Numbered from the stretch's first letter, positions 29,013 to 45,835 are shown. The stretch is 64,000 nucleotides of DNA from the human T2T-CHM13v2.0 reference genome, Homo sapiens (GCF_009914755.1 NC_060930.1); one strand, 5' to 3'. Notes: generated by a model from the sequence alone, not told the origin. Program-made: numbers and translations.

Positions 29013-30292
29013 AAGTATTCTTATTATCTGTATTTCACAGTCAAGGAACCTGGAGGACAGGAAGCTTAAGTGACTTCCTCAAGGCCAAACAGCTGGTTTG
29101 TGCTAAAGCAGGACTTCAACCCAGACAGCTCTAGCTCATGAGGTCATGCCCTTAATCACAATGCTGTTCTGCTACTACAACTTAAACAAAAATCAGTAGT
29201 GTTCCTCTACACCGGCACTATGCATTAGACATCAGAATATGATGCCTTTAATAATAGCAGCAACAAAATCAGAAAACACCCAGGAATTAACCAAAAATAT
29301 ATCAGTTTTCCACATAGAAAAGCTTAACACTTGAATAAAGGCTACAGAAAGTAACCCAATCCACTGATGGACACAGATGACTTGAATAAATAGAGAAGCA
29401 TTTCATGCTTTTCAGCAAGATGGCATAACAGTATAAAGATATGTTATCCTCAATCTGCCTTTAAATTCAATGCAATCCCAATCAAAATTCCCACTGTATT
29501 TTTCTGAAATTTTCTAAAGATACTTTAAAATTCATAGGAATGAATAGCAATTCACAAATAGCTAACGGAACTTGGGGAAAAAAGAGCAAAGTGTGTCTTA
29601 GTATTTCCAAAGACAAAAAGATATAGCAGTAAAAATAGTATTAATTAATGCATACATAGGTAAATGGAACAATAAGAGAAAGTAAGATAGAAACAGATCC
29701 ATATTTTTATGAAAATTTCATATAGAATAGAGGCAACACCATAAACCAATGAAGAAAAGATGGACTATTGAGTAGGTTGTACTAGGAAAATTACATCTCC
29801 ATGGAGAGAAATAAAACTAGATCACTAGCTAACATCATACATAAAGGTGAATTCCAGATATAGTGAACATTTAATTGTAAAATTTTAATCCCTAAATATA
29901 ATAATAGATAATGTAGGAGACTATTTTTTTCTGTGTCATGATCACAAAGAAGAGAAAACCCTAAAGGCCAACAGCTTTGAAAAAATACTCAAACTTTATA
30001 GTAATCTTAAAAATGCAAAATACAATAGCAGTGAGATTTCACTTTATACCCACTGCACTCACAAAAATTATAAAGTTGGGTAGTGGCAGGTGTTGGTGGG
30101 GATGTGGGGCTATTAAACTTTTATAAAGTGTAGCGTTACAGAGTTTTGGAGAACATCCAGCATGATTTAACTAAATTATGACTGTCTGATCTGGAAAATT
30201 CTGCATTTATCATGTACCTAGCATAATAAATGACATTAGGCACATACCATGTATGTTCTTATCATTTTTAAACACTGCATTTTATTTCACAG

Positions 30293-30404
30293 AATTACAA
30301 GTATATTATACAGTGTTCGGTGTTGTATAACAGTTGGCCTCTCACTGAAAGCCAGCTGACATTTGTTCAAGCACTGAAAGACTTAAAGAAAAGTAATACC
30401 AAAG
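30293..30404 (+). CDS. ADGB: Androglobin coding exon (~exon 29), 112 nt, phase 0-1
   Basis: ttcacag|AAT TAC AAG...ACC AAA G|gtatgt; NYKYIIQCSVLYNSWPLTESQLTFVQALKDLKKSNTK. Confidence 0.94.
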
Positions 30405-31689
30405 GTATGTCACCCTAAATGTTTAAACATGCACTTTACATTTGAATAAGTTGATATTTAAATATTTAATAATAAATTGATTTAGTCATGAAAATATCAT
30501 TGTATGATGTTTTATTACACATTATAATTTGTACTCTATATCCTGTTACATTTCCTGTTGTGTTAATTGATTATATGTTTCAATATTTTTACTGCCTGTT
30601 TTATAAGGAAAAAATATGATTAGTTAGATGTAATGTAAGCACATTTTGTCTAGTTAATAAAAATTACTAATTGATTATACTTTTGAACATTTCAAAAATG
30701 TATGACATTTTTCTATTTATAAAATTATATTTGCCCATATTTGTTGAGAATATATAGCATTAAATACAAGCTTTTAAAATATTTCACAAATTCTTCAATT
30801 CCAGAAGAATAATTTTCTAGTGAAAGAGTACTCTGGTTTATTTTTTCAAAATATAAACTACTCTAGTATTCCTGGCCAGGAAGCTTGTTGCTTTCAAAAA
30901 AGAGAATCAAAGGGAAATCTCCAACAGCTTTATATCCCATTGGGCAATCTAATAATTGAATCTGAAAGAATGTGTATTTTCTATTTATGTTCTCTTTCAA
31001 ATTTAAGCTAGATTGCCTAATCATAAAATAATATATGCATGTTATTTTTAAAATAAAATAAACCCATGCAATACAAAAGGGTATAACATAAAATGTAAAA
31101 GCCTCCATTTCTTCCTGGGTCCCATTAACCTGAGTTCAAACACTTGATGGTAGCCACCACCGAAGTGGGCTTTGTCATCATTCAGAATTTTTAGTATACA
31201 TACAACACGCTTATGATAAGACGTAAACTCTTAGTCCTTTTCGTCCTCTAAGAAACAGTAAATTTTATCTATTATTTATATTCCTCTATTAGAATGCAAG
31301 CCCCTGAAGAATGAGGAGTTTTGTCCATTTTCACCTGTTTCGTCCCTTGCATTATCCCTAGTTAGATCCCATATGAACAGTAAGCACCCCACAATATTAG
31401 CTGAATGAGTAAATGGAAGGATACATGTAAGCTATTCCTATTATTATTACCCTTATTTATTAATTGCCAACAACTCTGTTCAGGCGTTTGCTTGCTTCTA
31501 TTATCTGCCTGGACCTGATCAAGAAAGAGCTTAAAAAGGTTTGTGTGTACAGAAGTTAAGAGAAAACTGTTATTGCCAGGCTTACTTTATTAGAAGGTAT
31601 AGATTCTAGTATGTGTCTTAAAATTCAAAGAAAAGCTATAAAAATGTATGACACCAAGAGTTCCCATTTCCACTCAAATGTATTGAGTG

Positions 31690-32900
31690 TGCTTCCATAG
31701 CAACGCATCACACTGCCGAAATTCCAACGGCATCGCACTGTGCGGCCTCTTCTGAGGTTCCTCTCTCATTGGGCAGGGATGTGTTCTTCCTCGGTCTCAT
31801 CATTGCATCTCTAGCACTAGTGGGAGATGTCAATAAGTGTTTAATGAATGAATGCATGAACATGCCACACCAGTGACCTCAGGTATGTGTAAATCCTAAT
31901 GGCATCCTGGCCTGCTGTGTGGGCAAGATTCTGAGGCTGTGTTCAGGCTCAACGAGAAAGTTTTGTGATGTTTTATCAATATTCCACGTAGACACAGGAA
32001 GAGAAAGTGGTAGCACTGGGGCCACAGAGTCGCCGCCTCTTTGCTGTTCGTGTGTGGTATGTGGATAACTCCAGAGCAGACAATGGGGTGTTCAAACCTT
32101 GTTTTTTGAACGAGTGGCTGTGCTACTGCTCCATAGTGTTATACATAAAAACACTTTCGCACATTCCCTGGATAGTCATGGAATATGAATTTTGCCAAAA
32201 CATCTGCCCATTCTACTTCAACCTCCCCTCCTAAAGCCAACACCCCTAACAGCCCAGCACACTGAGAATGTCTGAAACAGCAGACAAGGCTTCGATCTCA
32301 TATTCTTGCCTACTAGAAGAGAACACAATTATTCTGTGAGTAAATGTCATATGAAAGCCGCAAATACCTTGCAGGCCACGTCTCAAGCCGAATACGCCCG
32401 AATACGCCTGTTGATTCCCTTGTTGTGGTTGCACAGGCAGTTGGCTTTGGCAATCACTTCCTTGCAGCTTGTTCCCGGATGCTGTGTTTCCGGCCCAGTT
32501 CCCTTCTCTGGGTCTTCAGCTGTGAAGGTTTCCTGGACCCACCTAATGTTGCCTAACCCTGTGTTATGGATTATCTACTGCTGTGAATTTGAGCCCTTTG
32601 ATTATTTTGCAATTGACCACCCACACCCACCAAGTTCTAATGGAAAATAAATGAAAAAAAAAAATCAGTTGTTTATGTTTATTTCTCTTTGCATGTTACC
32701 ATGTTCTCTTTCTCTATATGTTTTTCCCGTCAGGTTGCCACTTTTGTTCTCGCTTAAAGTAACCATTACCCTATTCCTACTTCCCCTGTGGTTCAAAGCA
32801 AAATCTCTTTGCTCATACCGTGCCCCCGCCCCTGGCCCCTGGCCCCCACCATTCTCTGTCTTCTTTTTCTCTATCAATTAACAGAAACCTGTTTGAAATA
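31690..32900. promoter_or_regulatory. Candidate intronic enhancer island
   Basis: Largely repeat-free, higher GC/CpG than flanks; X-box-like GCTTCCATAGCAAC (31691-31704), tandem TGTTTAT forkhead motifs (32670-32682), GC box/G4 (32823-32847). Confidence 0.4.
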
Positions 32901-34789
32901 ATGGATGGTACAAATCATGTGGTAATTTTGTGTTCCCCTACTGCAAAGAAGTAGATAGAGTATATGCCTAATACCAGTGGAATTAAATATTTTATGCTAA
33001 AGATTTAAGTGCAAATAAAATATTCACAATTATAGAAATCAAAGAATAAAGAAACAGCACAGTTTTGTATGAGCTTGTGTGTTCACCAAAGCTATTCTCA
33101 TTTCCACTTTGTTCTTCAAGTTATAGGACTGGTAGATTTTACATTACATTTCTGAGGATTAAGAATTTCAATGGATCAGAGAATGACAGCCAGTTCTGAT
33201 TTGTTTTGTTTTGCTTTTTGTTTTGGACAGTGTGGGCTTTTTCATGAGTTGCCTGTAACTCTTTATAATTCTGATTTCTGTATTATAATAGCGTGTTATA
33301 CCTGTCTCAGTAAGCTCAAAATAGTCATGCTACTGTTGTTTATAGCAATTATAAATTATAAACCCAGATCCATATGACAGAAAACAAATAATCTCATCAT
33401 AAATCATAAAAGGAAAACTACAGAGCAACCTTGCTGAATTCAATTGAAGATCTTGCTCACAAGGAAAACCTGTTTCTGAATAATGTTTAAATGAGATTCA
33501 TAAAAATGTGCAATCATGAAGAGGTATTTGTGAAAAAATTTTAAGCTTTTCAGGGAAAAATAGCATCACATAGTACAATGCTATTGACTAGAATTGCTTT
33601 CTCCCAATTCTCTAAAGTAAACTAATGTCTAATATGGTGCAAAAGAAAAATATCTCAATACTATTAAATTTAGTTAAATATATATATTATATTTATTATA
33701 TATATATATATATCACACAGCTGGTTGCTGGCACAGCTAGGAATTCTAATGGAAATTAAATTCCATCAAGGGCATTTGAATGGGGAAAATAATAATATAC
33801 AGTAGTACTGGTTTCACGTCTTTATTTGTGTCTCTGATAGAGGGCTGTATTATGGTTTTTTCCTATATTAATATGTAATTATATAATATATATTATATAT
33901 TATATTTATATCATATGAAATATATTTGCCTAAATTTATTTATTATATATAAAACAATATATACATAATTTAAATACCTGTGTATATTTTCTGTGATAAC
34001 TAGAAATTTGGTTTCAGTACTTATATGTTGAGTGTGTTATGTAAAATTTTGTAAATTTGGGATATTTAGAAAAAAAAATGACACCTTGAAATGTGTGGAG
34101 GAAGTGAGGGTAAAATAGTTTGTATTATACAAGAAAGTCTTGAAGGATACCAAGCATGAGAAATAAAGCTTTGCTTTGGAAGTAGAAGTAGCGGGAAGGA
34201 GAATGTGTCTCAGGCTATACGCAGGAGCCAGTGCTGGACTCACATCACTCACAGGAGCACTTACTGGGCATCACGTGTGCCTAAAGAGGGACTGATTCCT
34301 GCCAGAGAGCACAACATGAGGGACAGAGCAACGAGGAGAGTATCTGCACATAGCTCACTATTCAAGGCCATTCCCATTTCCTTCCACATCAGAAATGGTG
34401 GGGAGGAAAGATTCAGAAATGTTTCCTCTCACTTTAGGTCACAGAAATTCATAATTATTAATATTAAGACTTCATAACGTTAGACATTAGTGACCCTAAA
34501 TTACCACCTCTCTTCAAAAATACATAAATGCGTAGAAGAAGAAAAGGCATACATAGAGAAAAAAAAAGATCGTACATACCAATTAAAGTAATTAGTTCTG
34601 GATGTTGAAATTATTAGTAATTTTACTTTATCACTTGTATTTTATATCTAGAAACAAGTTTTAATGAAAAATATATAAATGGGAAGTTTTAAATGAGCAC
34701 ATACAATTTTAATCAGGAAAAAATATGGTACTTTTTAATTTTTAAACAAGAAAAACTCTGGAGAGACCTAGAAGTTTAATTACTCTAAT

Positions 34790-35290
34790 TATAATTGAGT
34801 GCTATTATGTCCATCTTACTCAACTTAGTAGTTTTCATGCATTCTTCTTAATTCTCACAAAAACTTTGGGAAGTAGTTATTACCATCCCAGTTTTACAGA
34901 TGAAGAAATGAGCCTTAGATGCTATGAATAATTTGCCTAAGTTTGCATAGGTTCGAAGGAGCAGAGTGAAGGTTCTAACATAAGTCTGATTTATTCCAAA
35001 GCCCAGAATCTTCCACCATATCATGTAAGCTCTTTAGATACTCTAACAAGTTGTATTGTCATAATAGTACTGGTGGTAGTGGTGATATTGATGGTACTGG
35101 TAGTAACTGCTAACGTTTATGTCCAAGAAGGGCTTTACATATATTGACCCAATTAATCTTCCCAATAAACTTATGAGGTAGGTGTTATTACTACAGCATT
35201 GTCATTTTACAGATGAGGGAACTGGGATACAGACAGTTTAAGAAACTTGCTCTCAGTCACACAGCTAGTGACTGGCACAGCTGAGAATCT
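34790..35290. mobile_element. Two MIR elements
   Basis: ttttacagatgaagaaa and ttttacagatgagggaaactg cores; aacttgctctcagtcacacagctag. Confidence 0.75.
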
Positions 35291-36116
35291 AATGGAAATT
35301 AAACTCCATCTAGGGCTTTGAATGGAGAAAAGTAATAATATACAGTAGTACTGGCTTCATATCTTTACAGTGTCTCTGAGAGATGTCTTTATCTATATTA
35401 CTTTAGTGAACACAAAAGTAATATAAAGACGTCTGTCAGATATATATGACCCATATTGTTTTTCCCTGTTAATGGGTAACTATTAAGATTCTAGTGGAAA
35501 ACTAGATAAAAACATTAATATCTGAAATGAACACAGTAGTTTAATTCATGAAATACAATAATGTAAATATGTAGAATTGGGTAATGGTACAAAATTAATA
35601 ATATGAGTGAACACTCAACAAAATGGTATTATCATGTATTCCAAAGAAAAAATAAGTCTTCAGAAAATAATTACGTTTTCTTTCCTGATATCACATTTGA
35701 AAATTTTATGTGTGAATGACCAGCTGCTAAAATTAAATTACACTTTGGATTACATAGTATGTTTGTTGCTGAAAAGCAGCAAAGAAATTCAGAATTAAAT
35801 TGTATTTAAAATGAAGTAGGAAAATTTTCTGTTTGAAAGAATATTTTGTTGGGCAATCTTCTTGAAAGTCAAGCAGCTTTCAAATTCAGAATAATTAAGT
35901 CTTTAATGTCATGTTTATAAATATTTAGTCAATTTGATTAAAGCATGTCTATATGTCAGCTGCTATGTATCAATTATATATACAACTTAAAATCTACCTG
36001 CTCTGATTTGAAGTGCATGATGTATTTCACACATCAGTTACTCCATACATAGAAAAATTACATATATAGAAAAATTCAGTTACTAATGTCTTTAATTTAT
36101 CCACTTAGCTTACTTT

Positions 36117-36349
36117 GGTTTTTTTGCAACCTCCTCCTCCTGGGCTGAAGGGATTCTCGTGCCTCACCCTCCCAAGTAGCTGGGATTACAGACATGCGCC
36201 ACCATGCCTGGCTAATTTTTGTATTTTCAGTAGAGATGGGGTTTAACCATTTTGGTGAGGCTGATCTCAAATTCCTAGCCTCAAGCAATCCACTCATCTC
36301 GGCCTTCCCAAGTTGCTGGGATTACAGGCATGAGCCACCATGCTCAGCC
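36117..36349 (-). mobile_element. Alu lacking the 3' ~55-60 nt of the right arm, TSD retained
   Basis: TSD agcttacttt at 36107-36116 and 36350-36359. Confidence 0.85.
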
Positions 36350-38760
36350 AGCTTACTTTTAAAATATAAAATTTTATATCAAGAAGAAATTGGTTAAGGG
36401 TTTTCTGTTGTTGTTTTTTATTAGTACACTGGTGACCTAAGTTAAATTTGATATTCATCCTGAAGTCAATGTTGCCCCACTTATTTAAACTCAACATTTA
36501 ATTTATATGAAAAATACAATATGTAATTTGTGGGGTTTTTTTCAAAAATTCATGTCTTTATAACCCATGATAAGAAAGAATAAGGCCTGAAATAATGGCT
36601 ATGTACAACTTAGGATATTTCTATTATAAATGTTTAGAAACCTTGGCCTCTGGTTAACATGAGGCAACAGTGCCACCTTTAGTATATTTTAAAACCTAAG
36701 TTTTGGTAAAAACTGCTTACTGAGATGGTTCATGGTCACTTAAGAAAATAGAAGGCTAGAGAACCTTGAGCAGATAGTACTTAGTGATGTCACCTGCCTT
36801 CATGTATAATTACTGGTGTTGTGATTTTAAATTCCTTTTGCCAATATGTTACAGTTTTGGGTTGCTGGCCTGGATCTTTGAAGTTGTAATCTATTTGTAA
36901 AAACAAATATAAATTTGTCATTCTCAAAAATATTTGGTTTCAAGTCTCATTGAATTTTATTAGCAGTATTATAACACTATTCCTTTAACTCTAATTAATA
37001 TTATACTGTTGTTCTTTATTTGGCACAATGCATGGTGTAGCCAATTCAAGGTCTTTGAGGAAACCAAACATTATTAAATACATGTTATATGTATATTATT
37101 TATATATATAAAAAGACTTTTCTGTTTATATTTATCAAGTATAACTGTACTTGATAAATATATACTTTGTTCTAAACAAGTATTCTAGCTTAGAAATATG
37201 TAAATTTTCAAATTCCAACCTGATTTTATTTCTGATATATAAACCTAAGCACTGAATTTTAATCATAAAAACAAAACTGAATTTTTACAATTTTTATATG
37301 TTTCGTTATCCACTGAAGATTTCTGTCTACTGTGTTCTGGATATATGGAGGATATTGTAAGAGGAGACCTAAAGGCATAATGCTAATGGCCTTTTGAGCT
37401 CATTTCATCAACAAAATACTCCCTAAGCACTTCCTCTCTTCCAGGGGTATATTAATTTATTCCAATGGTCATTTCCTCTAGAGGTCTTCTGATTACATAA
37501 ATATGCAATGTGAAGTAACATGTTTCATAATTCTTGGACTAGTAGAATGTTTTTTTCTTGCATCTTACAACTATATGTACTCCCAACACATATGTATTTC
37601 CTGTAAAGCTTTACATATTAAAGTTAAACAATCTGATAATCAGTATATATTATTAGTTCAACATTATACTAGATGAAATTAGGAATTTAAAATGAGGCAT
37701 ATAATGATGTTCTGGCCTTCAAAGAACTTAAAATTTATGTGAGAAAAGGTTACCCTAAATTACGCCATTAAAAATTTTGGAAATTATTTTATTCTGTATA
37801 TTAAGAATGTAAAGAAGAAGGATGGCACATACCTGCCGTGTGCCTGACATTTTAGTAGGTACTTTGTGTATGTAAACTTGAATATTATATGTGCTAACTT
37901 CAGTGGAATCAAATACACCTAAATGTATTACTCAAACACTAAAAACTATGTGTAGTAAGACAAGAAAGCCCCAGAAATGCTTCATGGGGCAGCTTGAGAT
38001 TCAATTTCAGCTGACATTTGTTAAGCATTTAAAAAACCCAGTGGGTGTGTGATACCAGATATGATCCTATTTTAAATGCTCTATATTGATTATTTTAAGC
38101 TCTCTGGGCATGGTGCTAGTATCTCCATTACACAGAGAAGGAAACTTAGACTCAAAGGATGTAATAAACCTACAAAAGTTAACCTATTTAGCAGCTGAGC
38201 CAGAATTCACCTCTAGGTCATTTGACTATTGGACCAAAGGATTTTCCCCACAGCAAGACTTCTGAGCAGCTGAGATTGTTGGCAGAAGGGACAGTTTCCA
38301 CTCCTATAGAGCGCTCACAGTCCCTTTGCAGTCTGGTAGGGTGGTTTGTCCCCCAATTTGAAAGTAGCTAATAAATGGGCACCAAGTAATTTATAAATAT
38401 GGGTTATTTACAATTACTATTTTACATTGCTAATGGGGTGATTTACATGAGACTCCAGTTTTGAAAGGGACTAACAGGTTCTTTGAACTTGTATTTGAGA
38501 ATACAGATTCAACTCTTATCAGTTGGGAGACTTGAGTAAATTATATAACTTCTTTGAATATACCCTGCTGGGATGCTGGAGACTTAAAAGAGAAGGAAAC
38601 ACAGTAAAGATTCAATAAATATTATTTTAAATAATAAATAAATTATTTAAATATTTTCCCCTCACCACTTCCATATTTAATTGTTAGAAGAGGTTAAAAA
38701 AGCATAAGGCTCATGTCCTTCATGTTGGGGAAAGGTAATTATACTCTTCTAAAAGTAAAC

Positions 38761-38949
38761 CAGTGGTTCTCAAAGTGTGATCCTTGGATCAGCTGCCTCA
38801 GCACCATCTGGAAACTTGTGAAAAATGTACATTTTGAGGCCCTATCACAGACCTAGCAAATCAGAAACTTTAGGGTTGGTGCCCAGAAATCTGTTCTATG
38901 GTAAGCCCTTCAGGTGATTCTGACACAGGCTAAAGTTTGAGAACCACTC
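38761..38949. mobile_element. MER5A hAT MITE
   Basis: TIRs cagtggttctcaaa … tttgagaaccact. Confidence 0.88.
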
Positions 38950-39063
38950 TTGTGAGGGTACCTTCAGCTTCTTTGAATCCTAAGTCATTGGCATTCTTCC
39001 CTTCAGCCCATCCCTTTGCAGCACTTCTCTGACAAAAGGGAAAACTGTAGCAACTTCTTAAAG

Positions 39064-39245
39064 CAGTGTTTCTCAAAGTACAACCTACAGGCCACTTGTG
39101 TCAGAATCACGTGAGGTACATTTTAAACTGCAGATTTCTGTGCCCCTCACCAGACTACAGAGTTGGAATCTCTGAGAGGTGGGCCTCAAGATGTGCATTT
39201 TACAGGTTATCTGTATGATTTCTACACTCACCAAAACTGTGAGTT
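39064..39245. mobile_element. MER5-family MITE (MER5B-like)
   Basis: cagtgtttctcaaagt…tcagaatcac…gaatctctg…gtgggcc. Confidence 0.65.
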
Positions 39246-40099
39246 GTTGTGTTACAATAAGCACACCATTAGCAGCCATATTTTGTGACAACAAACACAG
39301 CATTATTAGTAACAGACTTGTCTGGCAGCACGAGGTGAAAATAACGAGTTATTCTAGCTCAGTTTTTATGAGATTGGCTTATCTAAAGTGGGCCACAAAG
39401 GGAGCTCTAAAATTCTGTTAATCCCACACTCTATTGGCATTGAGAGCTCTAGGACCTGGATTTTCTTGGGACCAGAAGCTGAAGTTGTAGCTATGGCCAG
39501 TGAGGGTGGTTGAAGCCTGGTTACCTCATATTTGGGTTAGGATGAAGGGCTGGTACTGCAACACCTGGAGGCAGGGGAGGCCTGAGGAGACTGAAAAGAA
39601 GCAGCACTGAGTTTGCTTTTCTGTGAAGGCAGTGTTTCTGCCACCCCAAAGTTTATGGCTGACAAAAGATGTGAAAGAATGTAGGAGAAAAGGTGTCCTC
39701 TGTGGCCTTTCCTACTTTCTATCTTGGGTTTCTGAGAAAAGTTTATTTTAATATGTGGTTTTCTATAAAAATCTTTGTTTTTATTTCTTTTTTTCTTCTT
39801 ATCCTGATGTTTCTAAATCTCTAATTTTAAGCCTTATCCTTCCTCTCATTTAAACAACCTTATTCTCTTTCTGTGAACTTTTTACTCACTTTTAAATCAG
39901 TCAATATTCATTTTTCCTTCCCATCACTAGCAAGAGCTGAACTGCTTAGAGTGTAATCTCACCTTCCTCCACAGAGTGCTCTGTAATTTCATACACTTGT
40001 GACAAGGTCTCCAGGCTAGATGAATTTTTCCACTATCCCAGGACCCTATCTCAGAAAAACAGCATGCACAGATCCTCAGAAGGTTTGGATAGAAAATAA

Positions 40100-43130
<3,031 letters not shown>

Positions 43131-43297
43131 GATTTTATGAAAACGAGTCCAACAGGCCTTTATAAAAATCTGTGTGATTGAAAAAATACAAATCTATTAG
43201 CTTAACCATATGTCCCTGAGTTGATTCCCTTGTCCCCTGTGAAACCATTTTATTGTTATATTATGACTCACCATTTTTTATTTTTATGTCTCTCTAG

Positions 43298-43470
43298 CTT
43301 ATGGTGAAAGACACGAGGAGTTAATTAACTTAGGAAGCCCAGACTCCCACACTATTAGTGAGGGACAAAAATCTTCAGTAACTTCCAAAACAACAAGGAA
43401 AGGCAAAGAAAAGTCTTCTGAGAAAGAAAAGACAGCCAAAGAAAAACAAGCACCTCGCTTTGAGCCTCAG
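43298..43470 (+). CDS. ADGB: Androglobin coding exon (~exon 30), 173 nt, phase 1-0
   Basis: ctctctag|CT TAT GGT...CCT CAG|gtgggt; YGERHEELINLGSPDSHTISEGQKSSVTSKTTRKGKEKSSEKEKTAKEKQAPRFEPQ. Confidence 0.94.
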
Positions 43471-45269
43471 GTGGGTGTGGAATTTTTTTTATTTGAGTGA
43501 CTTAATGATTTTAGGTTCAGTGGATTCCTATTTGCCTATCTCGTCTGAGGACAAAACTGTGAAACATTCTTTCTCCCTGATTCCAGAAACCATCTAGATA
43601 CTTTGAGGACATTCCTTGGACACCTTCCTCAAGCTCCCTTTTCTAGTTCAGTATCAAAAACTATCAATTAAACCTTTAGTATGTAGAACACTATTCATGG
43701 CACTTGGGTTTCTAAGATAAATATGACTCAGTACTAACCCTAAAAGAATTCACAGTCTAATAATGGAGGAGACTGAAGGTAAACTGAGAATTATAATGTT
43801 GAATGCTATATGTGCAGTGGTAGAAAGGATAGGTTCTAATACAGCCCCTTCCAGGAGGAACTGAGTTCTGAACCGAGTTAATAAGCAAAGACGTGATGAG
43901 GCGAAAACTCAACCTGGTTTTTTGAAGCATTAAAGTATGAGAGATGAGGCTGGAGGGGTCAGTAAGGGTCAGCTGGAAAAGGGCCTTAAAGCGTCATTGG
44001 AAGGCTGGGACTCTATATACAGTCCAGAGGTTATGAGTCTAAACTCCTTCAGGGCCAGTTAGAAAATTGCCATGATTAGGGGTAAGGAAAAGGATGTGGA
44101 TGGCAAACTTGAGGAGTACAAGCACAGGCCTAAAGATTTTCAAGTAACCAAAAAACAGCGCACTCTAAACAAGATACCTATGAGTACAAAATCTTCCCAC
44201 CATTTATGCCTAGGTTAAGCAGGACTGGAACTAGGGGTATTTAAGAAGCACATTAACATGATCAGATTTACATTTCAGATACCCTAGTGGCTTTTAAGGG
44301 TGTGGACTTAAAGGAGAAAAGACAGGAGGGGAAGATAATTCAAGAAAATACTTCAGTAATCTAAGCAAAAGAGTGCAAAGTGTGTCAGGAACAGGAAAAA
44401 AGGAAGGATGGGACAGATCAAGAAGTATCTGGAAAACAAAAGGTGGGGTGCAGTTATTAATCCAAAGTGGGTGTTAAGGAACAAGAAGGAACAAAGTATA
44501 TCTCTCAGGTTTCCAGCAGGAATAGCTAAGTAGGATGTTAGTACCATTAAGAAAATAGACAATAAAGGAAAATTAACAAATAAGAAGAGATGATGACTTG
44601 TTGTTTCAGACTCCAGGAATGGTTCCTATAGATTTCAAAGATTTCATTTCTTAGCTGAAGTCTACCCTTAGAAGTAAATAAGATTAACCCAATCCATAGA
44701 TTCCTACAAGAAGACCTCCCTTAGTACCTTCACAGTGCTCCCTTTCCTGATCAAAATTTGATCCCAGAAAAGTCTCTGATAAATTCATGTATTAAGCAAT
44801 TTAAAAAATAATAAAAGCTAATATACCCTGTGTTAAAAGGAGGAAATAAAATAATTTCCAATTGTGAAAGTCAATTCTCACCAGAATATTAGGGAAATAT
44901 TGTAGAAAGCAAGGTCATTTGGTAACACTAAAACCAAACTGCAGGTGGAAACTGTATTCAGTGATTATATCAATCCACTCTTCCCAGCTGCATTATTTAT
45001 CAGTGATAATTGACATAGCCTCGACCTTATGTAAAGTGCTATGTAACCACAATAGTTTCAATCCTCTCTTCCTACCCAATTGCCACCTATGAGCCTCACC
45101 TACGTAAAACTTGTCTCCCAGCCTATGATACATGCAGGTGATCCCATGAGACATTAAAATGTTGTTAATTTTCATGATGAATATGTAGCAAGTATATACA
45201 GACCTGGAAATGATCAACTATCCTACTCTCATTTTTATGAAGAGATGCTATGAGTGAACATAATTACAA

Positions 45270-45835
45270 TTTATAATTTAATGTGTACAGTTTTAAGTAA
45301 AATTTGCATACATGAAATGCACAAATCACAGTTATAACATTCAGTGAGTTTTGATCAATGTATTCACCATGTAATCCATGACCCTATCAAGATATAAATT
45401 ATAGATAATTCCCGAGTTTATGGAAATAATCTCAAACTTCTTTGCATTCAATTTTCTAATTCTCACACCTCATCTCCTGGTAACAACTGATCTTTCAGTC
45501 ACCATAGATTAGTTTTGCCTAAATTGCTCTGGAATTTCATACTAATGACATACAAGACGATGTACCCTTTTGTGTTCGACTTCTTTATCAAAGTATAATA
45601 TCTGTCTGTGGTGTATATCAATAGTTTATTACTTTTTAATATTAAGCAGAACCCAATTATATGACTATATTACAATTTGTTTATCCATTCCTCGATTGAT
45701 AGACATATATGTTGGTTTTTTGTGTGTATTATGAATAAGACTGCAATGAACATTTTCGTACAAGTCTTTTGTGAATATATGTTTTCATTTATCTCTAGTA
45801 AATACCTAATAGTGAAATTATGTATCATATGGTAA
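45270..45835 (-). mobile_element. Old L1M 3' end
   Basis: caatttgtttatccattc…gctgcaatgaacatt-type antisense L1 3' motifs. Confidence 0.6.

Noticed and set aside
38008-38022. 15-bp match (cagctgacatttgtt) to the exon at 30353, suggesting a duplicated exon
   Set aside because: Similarity does not extend; the site resembles a MIR end (agctaacatttattgagca), so likely chance
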